Source of the DNA: a bacterium | GTDB lineage: Bacteria; Zhuqueibacterota; Zhuqueibacteria; Residuimicrobiales; Krinioviventaceae | Reading direction: 5' to 3' | NCBI GenBank assembly: GCA_963674595.2 | Contig: CAXXFV010000027.1 | Span: 362,887-426,886 of the forward strand | DNA length: 64,000 bases | Translations under genes and position numbers: made by a program | Shown: positions 43,901-51,812 of the stretch, one piece after another | Numbering within the stretch: the stretch's first letter is position 1 | Layout: each line of letters opens with the position of its first letter | The notes under the pieces: model-generated | Database searches by the model: none | Told to the model about the DNA's origin: nothing | Seen by the model: the letters and a program-made list of their open reading frames with translations, nothing else

Positions 43901-44188
43901 ACAAATTGCCTGAAGCTTATCATTAACATCTCGAACATGTGTCACAATAAGCGGTGCAATTCCCTGAACATGTTGATGTCCGCTGCCTTTCGGATATTCG
44001 ATGACGTAGCCAAGGGCTTCGCTTGCAATGCCCCTGTTATGAAAAGGAACACGTACTAAATTAGCATCCATTACACCGTATTTTCTAAAGGAAGCGTTTC
44101 CATCCTCTTCTCTCTGGGCAAATGCCTGATAAATGGGGCATAATAACAATAAAGATATGAATAACTGTATATATGTTTTAATTTTCAT
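40997..44188 (-). CDS. Large secreted acidic protein with DxDxDG repeats, FN3-like domain and VVPNPY-type C-terminal domain
   Basis: 1063 aa; paralog of 27825..31409 (DGLDNDRDGIFDE, PGDGKVYLYWD, NGQTYYYAL, IRVVPNPY...GRFMVIK). Confidence 0.8.
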   Translation of the reverse strand: MKIKTYIQLFISLLLLCPIYQAFAQREEDGNASFRKYGVMDANLVRVPFHNRGIASEALGYVIEYPKGSGHQHVQGIAPLIVTHVRDVNDKLQAICETAYGSQDDRSEDGLTLWQYEPIGGFANPIQNLAAMSDDEFSWPDIWPDKMDDSFDPGWPGVWNGYFGKGIKNADLEAYYVIDDDPDEEFQFFPDANDPSRRGLGTQMYIRGLQWSNVLVESHCFWLYDILNEGTTQYDSMYVALFADFYIGGEDEDYAGWHSYLDLAYCYDENNIGQPGAYSPVPAVCYAYLESPTIGKDGLDNDRDGIFDESRNSGPGVWTYGSTGYYNDRGEFDDDLQETNGSYYERDHWSGDEDGDWESFFDDNGNGQWDPGELLNDDVGADGIGPFDEAYTEPDEGEGDGIPTSGEPDFDKTDLDEGDQLGLVGFWAGNYSIRRNQDQDDLVWQWCQETVSTYAGEFYFASNLGAWWHSGPIVHEVDQIQRFSFSFYCATGPSSTAQVEDAARKKKTVQKIYNANYRFAEPPKIPTLTAYPGDGKVYLYWDREAESTFDRFFKVNDFEGYSLYKSTEPTFADARLITDGFGTISYKKPIFRCDKKDSISGFFPGTYNGVQFYLGEDTGLKHSYVDEDVINGQTYYYALASFDYGYVPEGLTSIEEIQNQAILPSECLVNIDIDVLNNVESIARNCAVVTPTVASAGYTPPGIKSTELQYGPTSKTAINYEIFNPFDLKEKTYLLQFDYPDSGWTSSPYYQILGLNNGAEADTICPFTEFASNNEESPYFDGLIVKMDYSTDKNLLTSEFTKDSKCNMDVIYSVSDAPNWDLDIIFTEEPVYTTIKLNRNIVPIKVPFYIYSPTIQDTVHCAVIDWDYSDTWGVEDVVQIVLGPKRGVRPEYRNNRTAGDIYFSDFLKGKDISGDSTGRIRPQPGDVYQIRVNVPPQPGETYEFNVKPTDINTKDAKDEMADIRVVPNPYVVTERWEPFSPYLAGRGPMEIHFTHLPKDCTIRIFTVQGYLVDTIEHHSTIIEGTAVWDVMSKDNMHIAPGNYIYHVEAPGIGQKVGRFMVIK

Positions 44189-44212
44189 AAAGCCTCCACA
44201 AGATCAAATAAA

Positions 44213-46888
44213 TTAAAATTCGAATTTAAATCCAACGTTTACTAAACGTGGAGCGCTATAATAATCTTGATGGTAATAATAATCATTAATTGTATTAACA
44301 CCGGTAACCAGATCATCTGTTAACCACTTTTGATCTATGGAATATCCGGCCTTTCCAGAATCCGTATAAATTGTAATTTGATTATCAAAATCAAAAAGGT
44401 TATAAATCTTTGAAAAGAAAATAGCTTTAAATTTTGAAAATTTAAAAGTCCATGTACAATTTAAATCAAAATTTATAAAAGGGGGTTTACGTTCCGTATT
44501 TTCACGACTGGGATAATAACCGGAAGTTTCAGGTGTGTATGGAAAACCTGATCCCATTTTACTTACTATACCAATACTCCACCTGTCTTTATCCTGTACT
44601 GTTGCTGTAAAATTCAGACTGTGTGTACGGTCCCATTCCAAAGGTATTAATTGTTTTGTAATTTCTGTGGGCGGATCTGTTTGACTTTTAAGGTAAACAT
44701 CCTTTGGGTCCGAAGCATTACCTTCTGCAACCATATAAGTATAATCAACAGTTGTTGATAAAAACTGACTGCGCTGTTCAAAAGCAATAGTAAATCCGAA
44801 CGTTTGGCCGTAATCACGATTTACATATCTTGCATATCGAGCCAAAGTGGGCAGTAAGGTATATACTTCCATACCTAAAAGATTACGAATATCTTTATAA
44901 TAAACTGTCATATCGACAGCCATACTTTTTGTCAGTTCATGTTGTATTCCGATTTCATAAGTTGAAGTTTTTTGAGGCTCAAGATTGGTATTTCCGATGG
45001 TGACATAAGAGTCCAATGGTATTCTGAAATCAGGATTATCATAAAGAAACTCAAATGATGGTATCTGAAAAAATAAACCATAAGACAGATGCAATACACT
45101 TTTTTCGGTAACCGGCAAAGCTATACCAAAGCGGGGACTCCATTGGCTTTTTGCAGAAGATTCAATACGTTCACTGGTTCCAGGCTTTTGCAAATTCGAT
45201 GGATATACGCCATCCGGATCAAAATAATCGTAACGTAAACCAAGATTCATTATAAAATAGGACCATTCAATCTTGTCCTGAATATAAGCACTTAGTTCAA
45301 GTGGTTTTTTTGTAAATTCTGTATAATTGGGGCTGGATTTATCGACTGGCTTTGGTTTCCAGTCTGTAAGTTGACTCAATTGGATTATATAATTTTCAAC
45401 ATCCAATTGATGCGAGCGGCCTTCAACACCACATTTTATTTGATTCAGATTATTTGCCTGCCATGTCAAGTCTGATTTTACAATATTAGTAGTGGTTTTA
45501 CGAAAATTATGACGTTGATCGTTGCCGCCCATATAAAAACCATAACCACTTGTTATTGATAATATTTCCCGAGAGGCATATCTTTCATCATAAGGACTTT
45601 CATAAACATAGGAACTATATTCTTTACTTAAACTTGCCGCTTTCATATTGATAAAAGCGCTGGCATTAATCACATAATCGTAATGCAGCATGTGTGAACT
45701 ACTATTGCTGAAATAGTTTAATCTTCCATCCGGATTATACTTGTATTTATGTTCGTATTTAGATGATTCTCCATCTTCCAAAATATATTCATAAGTAATT
45801 TTATGGCTGTTGAAAGGTTTGGCAATTAATTTTCCATGAGCAGAAAAACTTTTGGATGAATTTAAACCAATGTTTTCTCCATCACCAGTTGCAACAATGT
45901 TCCAGTTTTCGCGATAACGTGATAAAGCAGAAGAATCAGTAGGAGAAAAGACTCGACGTCCAAACATATAACCGTTGTTTGAGGCATAACGAAAAGAACT
46001 AAAGAAGGAAAGTTTATTCGAATAAACAGGACCAGACAATGTACCCTGAATATCACCAACATCACCAAAACTTGCTAAACTATTTAATGATACATATTCC
46101 TCAGTAAAATTTCCTCTTTTTCCTTCATTTCCATTTTTTACGACTAGTGGGATTGTTCGCCCGCTTAAATAGGCGCCCGTATATGTAGAAATCATACCGC
46201 TAAATTTCTGTTCCGGTTCTTTTGAAACAATGTTAACAATTCCCGACATAACCCGGCCATATTCGGCATTAAATGTACCACTTATAACTTCCACTTCTTC
46301 AACAGAATTAGATTCCAGATTAATCATCTGAGCGCCGGAATAGACATCATTAACAGCAAGGCCATCAACCAGATAAGCTACTTCACCGGAACGACCGCCA
46401 CGAAAGTGACCATCAACAACACCTGCCTGTAAATTTACAACCTGGCCAACACTTTCAAGGTGCAAAGCTTCCATTTGTTCACTGGAAACTCTTGCAGAAC
46501 TTGACGTCAAATCAGCCTGAACCAACGGACGTTCTGCGATAACGGTAACTTCCTGCCCCTCGATGATGGTTTGAGAAAGACCAATTGAAATTTTTCGTGT
46601 TACATCAACACTGATACGAACATTCTCAATTTTCTTTGTTGTGTACCCCATAGATCTAAACAGGATATTATACGTACCGGGAGGAATATTTATTATGTAA
46701 TATTCACCTTCCAACCCGGCCGAAGCGCCCAAATTAGTCCCTTCTACCAGTATGTTTGTTCCTGGTAAAGGTTCATTTGTTTCAGCATCATAAACCTTTC
46801 CCATAATTTTACCGGTAGTAGCTGCATGCAAAAAAGACGTATGAATAATCAAAAATAATACAAACAGCCCGATTCCAGCTTTTTTCAT
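44213..46888 (-). CDS. TonB-dependent receptor
   Basis: 891 aa; TTGKIMGKVYD, HFRGGRSGEVAYLVDG, SGTFNAEYG and SPRFG motifs; ends FEF; GGAGG RBS. Confidence 0.92.
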   Translation of the reverse strand: MKKAGIGLFVLFLIIHTSFLHAATTGKIMGKVYDAETNEPLPGTNILVEGTNLGASAGLEGEYYIINIPPGTYNILFRSMGYTTKKIENVRISVDVTRKISIGLSQTIIEGQEVTVIAERPLVQADLTSSSARVSSEQMEALHLESVGQVVNLQAGVVDGHFRGGRSGEVAYLVDGLAVNDVYSGAQMINLESNSVEEVEVISGTFNAEYGRVMSGIVNIVSKEPEQKFSGMISTYTGAYLSGRTIPLVVKNGNEGKRGNFTEEYVSLNSLASFGDVGDIQGTLSGPVYSNKLSFFSSFRYASNNGYMFGRRVFSPTDSSALSRYRENWNIVATGDGENIGLNSSKSFSAHGKLIAKPFNSHKITYEYILEDGESSKYEHKYKYNPDGRLNYFSNSSSHMLHYDYVINASAFINMKAASLSKEYSSYVYESPYDERYASREILSITSGYGFYMGGNDQRHNFRKTTTNIVKSDLTWQANNLNQIKCGVEGRSHQLDVENYIIQLSQLTDWKPKPVDKSSPNYTEFTKKPLELSAYIQDKIEWSYFIMNLGLRYDYFDPDGVYPSNLQKPGTSERIESSAKSQWSPRFGIALPVTEKSVLHLSYGLFFQIPSFEFLYDNPDFRIPLDSYVTIGNTNLEPQKTSTYEIGIQHELTKSMAVDMTVYYKDIRNLLGMEVYTLLPTLARYARYVNRDYGQTFGFTIAFEQRSQFLSTTVDYTYMVAEGNASDPKDVYLKSQTDPPTEITKQLIPLEWDRTHSLNFTATVQDKDRWSIGIVSKMGSGFPYTPETSGYYPSRENTERKPPFINFDLNCTWTFKFSKFKAIFFSKIYNLFDFDNQITIYTDSGKAGYSIDQKWLTDDLVTGVNTINDYYYHQDYYSAPRLVNVGFKFEF

Positions 46889-47036
46889 GTAACCTCCAAT
46901 ATCAAATCGTCAAAATCAAATTTTATATTAATATTGAATGACTCTTAATTTTTAATCAAAAATTTTTACAGTAAATAATTTTAAAAATTAATATTAGGCG
47001 TACTCTTGCATTTATAAAAACCATACAAAATATGAT

Positions 47037-48143
47037 TTAATACAGTTTGACTTTAACAACAACGACTGCATGATCTCCCAACATCTTTTCTAAAGTATCC
47101 GGGGGATAAGCAGCGGGTATGATACGAGGAGAGAACTTGTCTCTTTTCACTTCCATATCTTTAACCAGGAGATAATCAATTTGGTGTTTAGCTAATTTTA
47201 CTTTACCATTTTCAAAAATTTGCTGGGTTGGTTGGCCAATTTCGTTACATTCTTCAATCAAAAAGCCATTTTTTCGTAATTCAAAGAATAACCGTTCCTG
47301 AAGGATTGCATTTAAATCACCGCCCATTAAAACCGGATTTTTGGGTGAATAAATTGCCAGCTCGTTAATAATCCAATTCATTTGTTCATAACGAGTTTTA
47401 AATTGTCCTGCATCACTCTCCAGGTGGGTTGATACAAGTGTTATATTTTGATTATTGCAGGTAACAGTAGCCATTAAAGCCATTCTACCGCCTAATCTTT
47501 TTTGGTAACTATTATACCATTTATCAATACCAGGGAAACGAATCATTTTAACATTTTTTAAAGGATATTTGGAGAGTATAGCGTTACCGTGGAACCCCCT
47601 GTCATTAACTCCTGGGTATTTTATACGTTCTTCTTTTTCGCCATTGGTTAATTCAAGAAATTCGACACCGTATAAATAATTCATTTTTAGTGAATCAGCC
47701 ATTTGCTGAGTTGTGTGTTCGTTGGCAGAACGAGCCATCCCAAAATCCATTTCACCCAGAAAAATAAAATCCGGATTTACTAAAGCAGGATGTTCATTGA
47801 TAAGCTTGACACAGTCACGCCAATGACGGCCGCGTTCCATATTCCAGGCAATAATTTTAAGAGAATGACCTGTCTGGGCATTATTAAAATTATTATTCAA
47901 TTCCAGTTCATTTATTTCGGGGATGAGTGAGTTGAGTTCAGCAGGTGATAACTGATCAGTATTAAGTGAAAGTTGGGAACGTTTTTCATTAGAGATGAGT
48001 TTTAACTTAGAGACGACTTTGGTAAAAATTTGAGGAGTTTCAGAATATGCTTTATTATCTTTCATACAACCCTGGTTTAAACCAACAACCAGAAGGATGC
48101 AGATTGACATGAGAAAGTGTCGTCTATTCATATTTTCTCTCAA
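47037..48143 (-). CDS. Endonuclease/exonuclease/phosphatase (EEP) family protein, probable lipoprotein
   Basis: AWNMERG, GNAILSKYP, STHLES, GGDLN, IDYL and GDH motifs. Confidence 0.88.
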   Translation of the reverse strand: MRENMNRRHFLMSICILLVVGLNQGCMKDNKAYSETPQIFTKVVSKLKLISNEKRSQLSLNTDQLSPAELNSLIPEINELELNNNFNNAQTGHSLKIIAWNMERGRHWRDCVKLINEHPALVNPDFIFLGEMDFGMARSANEHTTQQMADSLKMNYLYGVEFLELTNGEKEERIKYPGVNDRGFHGNAILSKYPLKNVKMIRFPGIDKWYNSYQKRLGGRMALMATVTCNNQNITLVSTHLESDAGQFKTRYEQMNWIINELAIYSPKNPVLMGGDLNAILQERLFFELRKNGFLIEECNEIGQPTQQIFENGKVKLAKHQIDYLLVKDMEVKRDKFSPRIIPAAYPPDTLEKMLGDHAVVVVKVKLY

Positions 48144-48480
48144 TAATAATTATTTGCAAAAATTAAATTTTTAATATAAAAACATACAAAATGATGATTA
48201 TTCTTTTATGTTACAACTCCGGTAATGCAGGTAAACGAATCCAACCAGGCCATTTCAAGATCAGGTTATTACAAAACCTGAAAAATAAAAAAACCTTGAA
48301 ACGCAGCAATACTATTTTATTTAAATTGTGAATATTTTTCCTTGCTAAATAGACAGGAAAAATATATTTTATAAAGATGAACATATAAAAAAATAAACTT
48401 TTTTATAATTCAGCAGGCCAAAAAAAATATTTTCCATAAAAAGCACATTTAATAGTAAACATGATCACTCAAGATTTCAA

Positions 48481-48521
48481 GTTAATAACCGTTAACTGTA
48501 ACGGTTAACGGTTTGTTAACG
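48481..48521. promoter_or_regulatory. Candidate operator in the divergent promoter region
   Basis: Perfect inverted repeat AACCGTTAAC (48487-48496) - N7 - GTTAACGGTT (48504-48513), tandem TAACGGT x2 and three GTTAAC hexamers within 40 bp. Confidence 0.55.
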
Positions 48522-48647
48522 TTTTTGATTTAACTTTTCTTAAAACAAACTTGATTATATATTAACTTGTTCTTTAAATACTATTTCGATATTGTACATT
48601 AAATATTTTATCGATATATTCGATTCGAGATAAAATGGTAACTACAA

Positions 48648-49925
48648 ATGATTAGTAAAACACTCAAAAAGCAAATCGTCGAAAAAATTTTACAAAGTTC
48701 AGAATTCGCAAATTCAAAAACGAATAAAGATCTGTTAACGTATTTGATTAAAAATCATCTGGACGGTGAAATTCCAAATGAGACAGAAATTGCAATTGAA
48801 ATTTTAAATAGAGATAAAAGCTTTAATTCGAGTGAAGATCCGATAGTGCGTGTTCACATGCACAAGCTACGGAAGAAACTTGAAAATTATTATCAGACTG
48901 AAGGAAAAAATGAAAAAATTCATTTAGAAATACCTAAAGGAAGGTATGCTTTAAAATTTTCTACAGTCTGTCAGGATCCGGTTTCGGAGACTAAAAAAAA
49001 GCCTTACTTTTATATTGCCATGATTGTTGTTTTATGCATTATATGCGCGGCTTTGGGATACCAGACATGGTCTCTGAATGGAAAAATGAAACAGCATTCT
49101 ATAATTAGTAAAAAAGATAAAATTTGGAAAGAATTCCTGAACGGTTCTCACCAAATTCTTTTTGTTCTCGGCAACCATTTGTTTTTTTCCGAATATTCAA
49201 AAGACTTAAAAAAATGGAGATATGTACGGGATACTGCTATAAACAGTAAAGAAGAGTTGGAAAACTTTATCAAAACATATCCCAAATTTTATGTTGAAGA
49301 AACCAATGAAGCATACTTTCCGGATAGCGGTATCTTTGGTATGTCACCGTTACTTTACACACTGTATCCTGTTCGTAATAAAATAATCTTTCGCCGTGCA
49401 ATGGACGTTACACCGGCTTTTCTTCGCGAGTATGATATACTTTTTGTGGGCAGTATTAAAACACTTGGAATATTAAACCAAATTTTTTCCGCCTCAAACT
49501 TTAAATACCATGTTAGACCTAATGAATTATTTTTTACTCCTCCGGAAACCCCTCTGGCCCGCAGTGATTATTCAAAAAAGATTTTTTATACAAATCCGGA
49601 AACACTTAAAACCGACACGCTTGAAACAACATTTAACAACTATACCGGTTACAATCGTGATCTTGCTGTTGTATTAAAAGTTCCTGGTCCGATGAAAAAC
49701 ACAATCTTTATTATCTCTTCCTTCTTTTCATCCGGAGCACCGGAAGTTGCTAAATATCTGACAGATAAAAACACTCTTGAACAAATAGAACAGAGATTTA
49801 TCGAAAAATATACTTATGTTCCAGACTATTTTGAAATTCTATTCGAAGTTAGAGGAATTGAAAAAACGGGGCTTTCAACCAAGATCATCTACTTTAACGA
49901 ACTTGTGAATGCCAACATCTGGTAA
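48648..49925 (+). CDS. Membrane-anchored one-component regulator (N-terminal winged-helix-like domain, single TM, periplasmic domain)
   Basis: ILQSSEF..S...LL.YL...ETEIAIEIL.R...F...EDPIVRVHMHKLRKKLENYY...IPKGRY N-domain; TM FYIAMIVVLCIICAALGY. Confidence 0.75.
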   Translation: MISKTLKKQIVEKILQSSEFANSKTNKDLLTYLIKNHLDGEIPNETEIAIEILNRDKSFNSSEDPIVRVHMHKLRKKLENYYQTEGKNEKIHLEIPKGRYALKFSTVCQDPVSETKKKPYFYIAMIVVLCIICAALGYQTWSLNGKMKQHSIISKKDKIWKEFLNGSHQILFVLGNHLFFSEYSKDLKKWRYVRDTAINSKEELENFIKTYPKFYVEETNEAYFPDSGIFGMSPLLYTLYPVRNKIIFRRAMDVTPAFLREYDILFVGSIKTLGILNQIFSASNFKYHVRPNELFFTPPETPLARSDYSKKIFYTNPETLKTDTLETTFNNYTGYNRDLAVVLKVPGPMKNTIFIISSFFSSGAPEVAKYLTDKNTLEQIEQRFIEKYTYVPDYFEILFEVRGIEKTGLSTKIIYFNELVNANIW

Positions 49926-50029
49926 AAAGTTATACTAACAACTTGAACTCTTGATGAGAAAAAATCAAAATTAACAGATAAAACTGTTTTAACATCTGCA
50001 TTTTCAGACCAGAATTTAAGGAGCAGTAT

Positions 50030-50992
50030 ATGAAAAAAGTAGTTTATCTATTTTTACTTTTCACACCTATTTTCGCCCAGTCACAACAATCCGACTTTCT
50101 CCACTTAAACAAAATTATAGCCAGACTGGAAGCAAATCAAATTGCTTTGGGAACCTGGTGCAGCGCCCTCCATCCTTCAAATGCTGTCGGTATGATAGAC
50201 TGTAATGGCTACCCCACTTTTGAAGAATCTCAAAACAAAGCGATGCTTGATTTTATACTCATCGATATGGAACATCAACCATTTGATATCAGCATGTTGA
50301 GAAATTATTTGTTGGCATTAAATTCAAAGCGTGAGGTTGCCGCCAAAGGCAATTTGCAGCCTAATATTGCAACTCTTGTTAGGATTCCTGCAGACGGCAA
50401 CCAACCAGTTCATGCAATGATAAAACAAGTTTTGGATATAGGTGTTCATGGAGTTGTTGTTCCACATGTACAAAATGCTCAGGAAGCTAAAAAAGTTATC
50501 AGTGCTTGCCGTTATGTTCAAACAAAAAGTTCAAAATATTCTTATCCGCAGGGAACAAGAGGAGCATCTCCCTGGCTGGCCTCTTATCTGTGGGGACTTT
50601 CATTACCGGATTATGTTGCCAGGGCAGATGTTTGGCCTTTGAATCCTGATGGAGATATTATGGCAATTTTGATGATAGAAGATATTGCCGGTGTAGAAAA
50701 TATTAAAGAGATATTAAAGGTTCCCGGAATAGGAGCGATTATTTTCGGGCCCTATGATTTTAGTTTTTATGCAGGTTGCCCCGGAGAAACAACCAACAAG
50801 ACTGTGGTACAAAGTTGGCAAATTATTAAAAAAGCTTGCGACGAAGCAAACGTTCCGCTCATTGGCTTTGCAAATGAAAACAATATAGATGAAAAATTAA
50901 AAGAAAATTATAAAATGATATTGGCGGGTCACGATGTTCGGAATAACGGTACGTTCCCGCAAGTCCTAAAAGCAGTTCAAAAAACATATTAA
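50030..50992 (+). CDS. HpcH/HpaI aldolase family protein with apparent signal peptide
   Basis: IDMEH, LVRIP, VLDIG..GVVVPHV, GTRG, LMIED and IFGPYD motifs; AAGGAG RBS. Confidence 0.85.
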   Translation: MKKVVYLFLLFTPIFAQSQQSDFLHLNKIIARLEANQIALGTWCSALHPSNAVGMIDCNGYPTFEESQNKAMLDFILIDMEHQPFDISMLRNYLLALNSKREVAAKGNLQPNIATLVRIPADGNQPVHAMIKQVLDIGVHGVVVPHVQNAQEAKKVISACRYVQTKSSKYSYPQGTRGASPWLASYLWGLSLPDYVARADVWPLNPDGDIMAILMIEDIAGVENIKEILKVPGIGAIIFGPYDFSFYAGCPGETTNKTVVQSWQIIKKACDEANVPLIGFANENNIDEKLKENYKMILAGHDVRNNGTFPQVLKAVQKTY

Positions 50993-51031
50993 ATACATAA
51001 TAATTTTCTCAATTATACATACAATTCCTGA

Positions 51032-51060
51032 TTGAAATTATATATAAAGTGTGTTATATT
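51032..51060 (+). promoter_or_regulatory. sigma70-like promoter, repeat unit 1
   Basis: TTGAAA (51032-37) - 17 nt - TATATT (51055-60), with extended TGn. Confidence 0.65.
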
Positions 51061-51066
51061 TAATCA

Positions 51067-51135
51067 GATTTAAACGAGCATCACCCCCGGCGACGGCGAC
51101 CCCCCTAAGTCGTTGCTGAGATGCTCGTTTTTTTT
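51067..51135 (+). ncRNA. Putative small RNA, copy 1 (C-rich double-loop hairpin with U-tail)
   Basis: Outer stem AAACGAGCATC/GATGCTCGTTT, ACCCC/A internal loop, inner 10-bp stem with G-U pairs, apical loop GACCCCCCTAA, T8 tail. Confidence 0.7.
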
Positions 51136-51187
51136 ATGTCTTAAAGATTCAGAAATTTCCTGACGTATAAATACAAGGTTCTCCCTA

Positions 51188-51221
51188 TTGTTTTGATTGA
51201 TATAAAGTTTTACCTTATACT
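51188..51221 (+). promoter_or_regulatory. sigma70-like promoter, repeat unit 2
   Basis: TTGATT (51193-98) - 17 nt - TATACT (51216-21); alternative TTGTTT-17-TACCTT at the position homologous to unit 3. Confidence 0.6.
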
Positions 51222-51230
51222 AGTTAATTT

Positions 51231-51297
51231 GATTTAACGAGCATCACCCCCGGTGACGGTGACCCCCCTAAGCCGTTGCTGAGATGCTCGTTTTTTT
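51231..51297 (+). ncRNA. Putative small RNA, copy 2
   Basis: Same fold; the three inner-stem substitutions versus copy 1 all retain pairing (C-G to U-G twice, G-U to G-C); T7 tail. Confidence 0.7.
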
Positions 51298-51377
51298 ATG
51301 TTAATATGTCTATAAAAATAAAAATTTATATTTTTTAATTAAGAAAATTCCTTACGTAAAATTACACATTTTCCCTA

Positions 51378-51406
51378 TTGTTTTATTTAATAAAGAGTTG
51401 TATATT
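51378..51406 (+). promoter_or_regulatory. sigma70-like promoter, repeat unit 3
   Basis: TTGTTT (51378-83) - 17 nt - TATATT (51401-06). Confidence 0.6.
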
Positions 51407-51420
51407 TAATTAGTTAATTT

Positions 51421-51490
51421 GATTTGTCGAGCATCACCCCCGGTGACGGTGACCCCCCTAAGCCGTTGCTGAGATGCTCGACTTTTTTTT
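51421..51490 (+). ncRNA. Putative small RNA, copy 3
   Basis: Stem base changed compensatorily to GTCGAGCATC/GATGCTCGAC; T8 tail. Confidence 0.7.
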
Positions 51491-51622
51491 GCCCTTCTTA
51501 TATTTAACTTCTTTTTTTATTCTTTAGAATTTCGTACTTTTCAAAACAGGTCATACGGAAATGGAGACTCATTTTCTAAAATTAAGTATAGTCTCAAAAC
51601 TTAATTAAAAAAGGATATTCAC

Positions 51623-51811
51623 GTGTCCACAATTATCCCTAAAGGTGAAAAAACAAGACGTGCCGTAAAATGGATTTCGGAACAAAGTAAAAACTCTGAC
51701 AAAGATACGAAAACACTTGTAGCCTCGGCAATTTCGATGTTTGATCTGAATCCATTCGAATCGGAAACGCTTTACCATTTTTACAAAGATACTACAAATT
51801 CCAGCGAATAA
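51623..51811 (+). CDS. Small hypothetical protein (62 aa, GTG start)
   Basis: AAAGGA RBS; stop codon 1 nt before the next ATG; helical-looking sequence PKGEKTRRAVKWISE...FDLNPFE. Confidence 0.7.
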   Translation: MSTIIPKGEKTRRAVKWISEQSKNSDKDTKTLVASAISMFDLNPFESETLYHFYKDTTNSSE

Positions 51812-51812
51812 T

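Noticed and set aside
48191-48331. 46-codon ORF (MMIILLCYNSG...) and small hairpin TCAGGTT/AACCTGA in the divergent intergenic region
   Set aside because: No RBS, no recognisable motif, and short AT-rich ORFs and 7-bp stems arise by chance.
51067-51490. CRISPR array or type III toxin-antitoxin repeat array
   Set aside because: Repeats (~57 bp) and spacers (>100 bp, partly homologous, promoter-containing) are far outside CRISPR dimensions, and no cas genes are in the window. Type III antitoxin repeats are contiguous with a single terminator, whereas here each unit has its own promoter and U-tail.
51067-51622. Tandem riboswitch controlling the radical SAM operon
   Set aside because: No recognisable SAM, cobalamin or other aptamer core, no evident antiterminator, and the predicted start sites sit only a few nucleotides before each hairpin. 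Not formally excluded without Rfam.
51623-51811. RiPP precursor for the adjacent radical SAM
   Set aside because: Looks like a small folded helical protein without leader/core bias; no SPASM motif, RRE or transporter is evident, and U32 proteins are generally not true peptidases.
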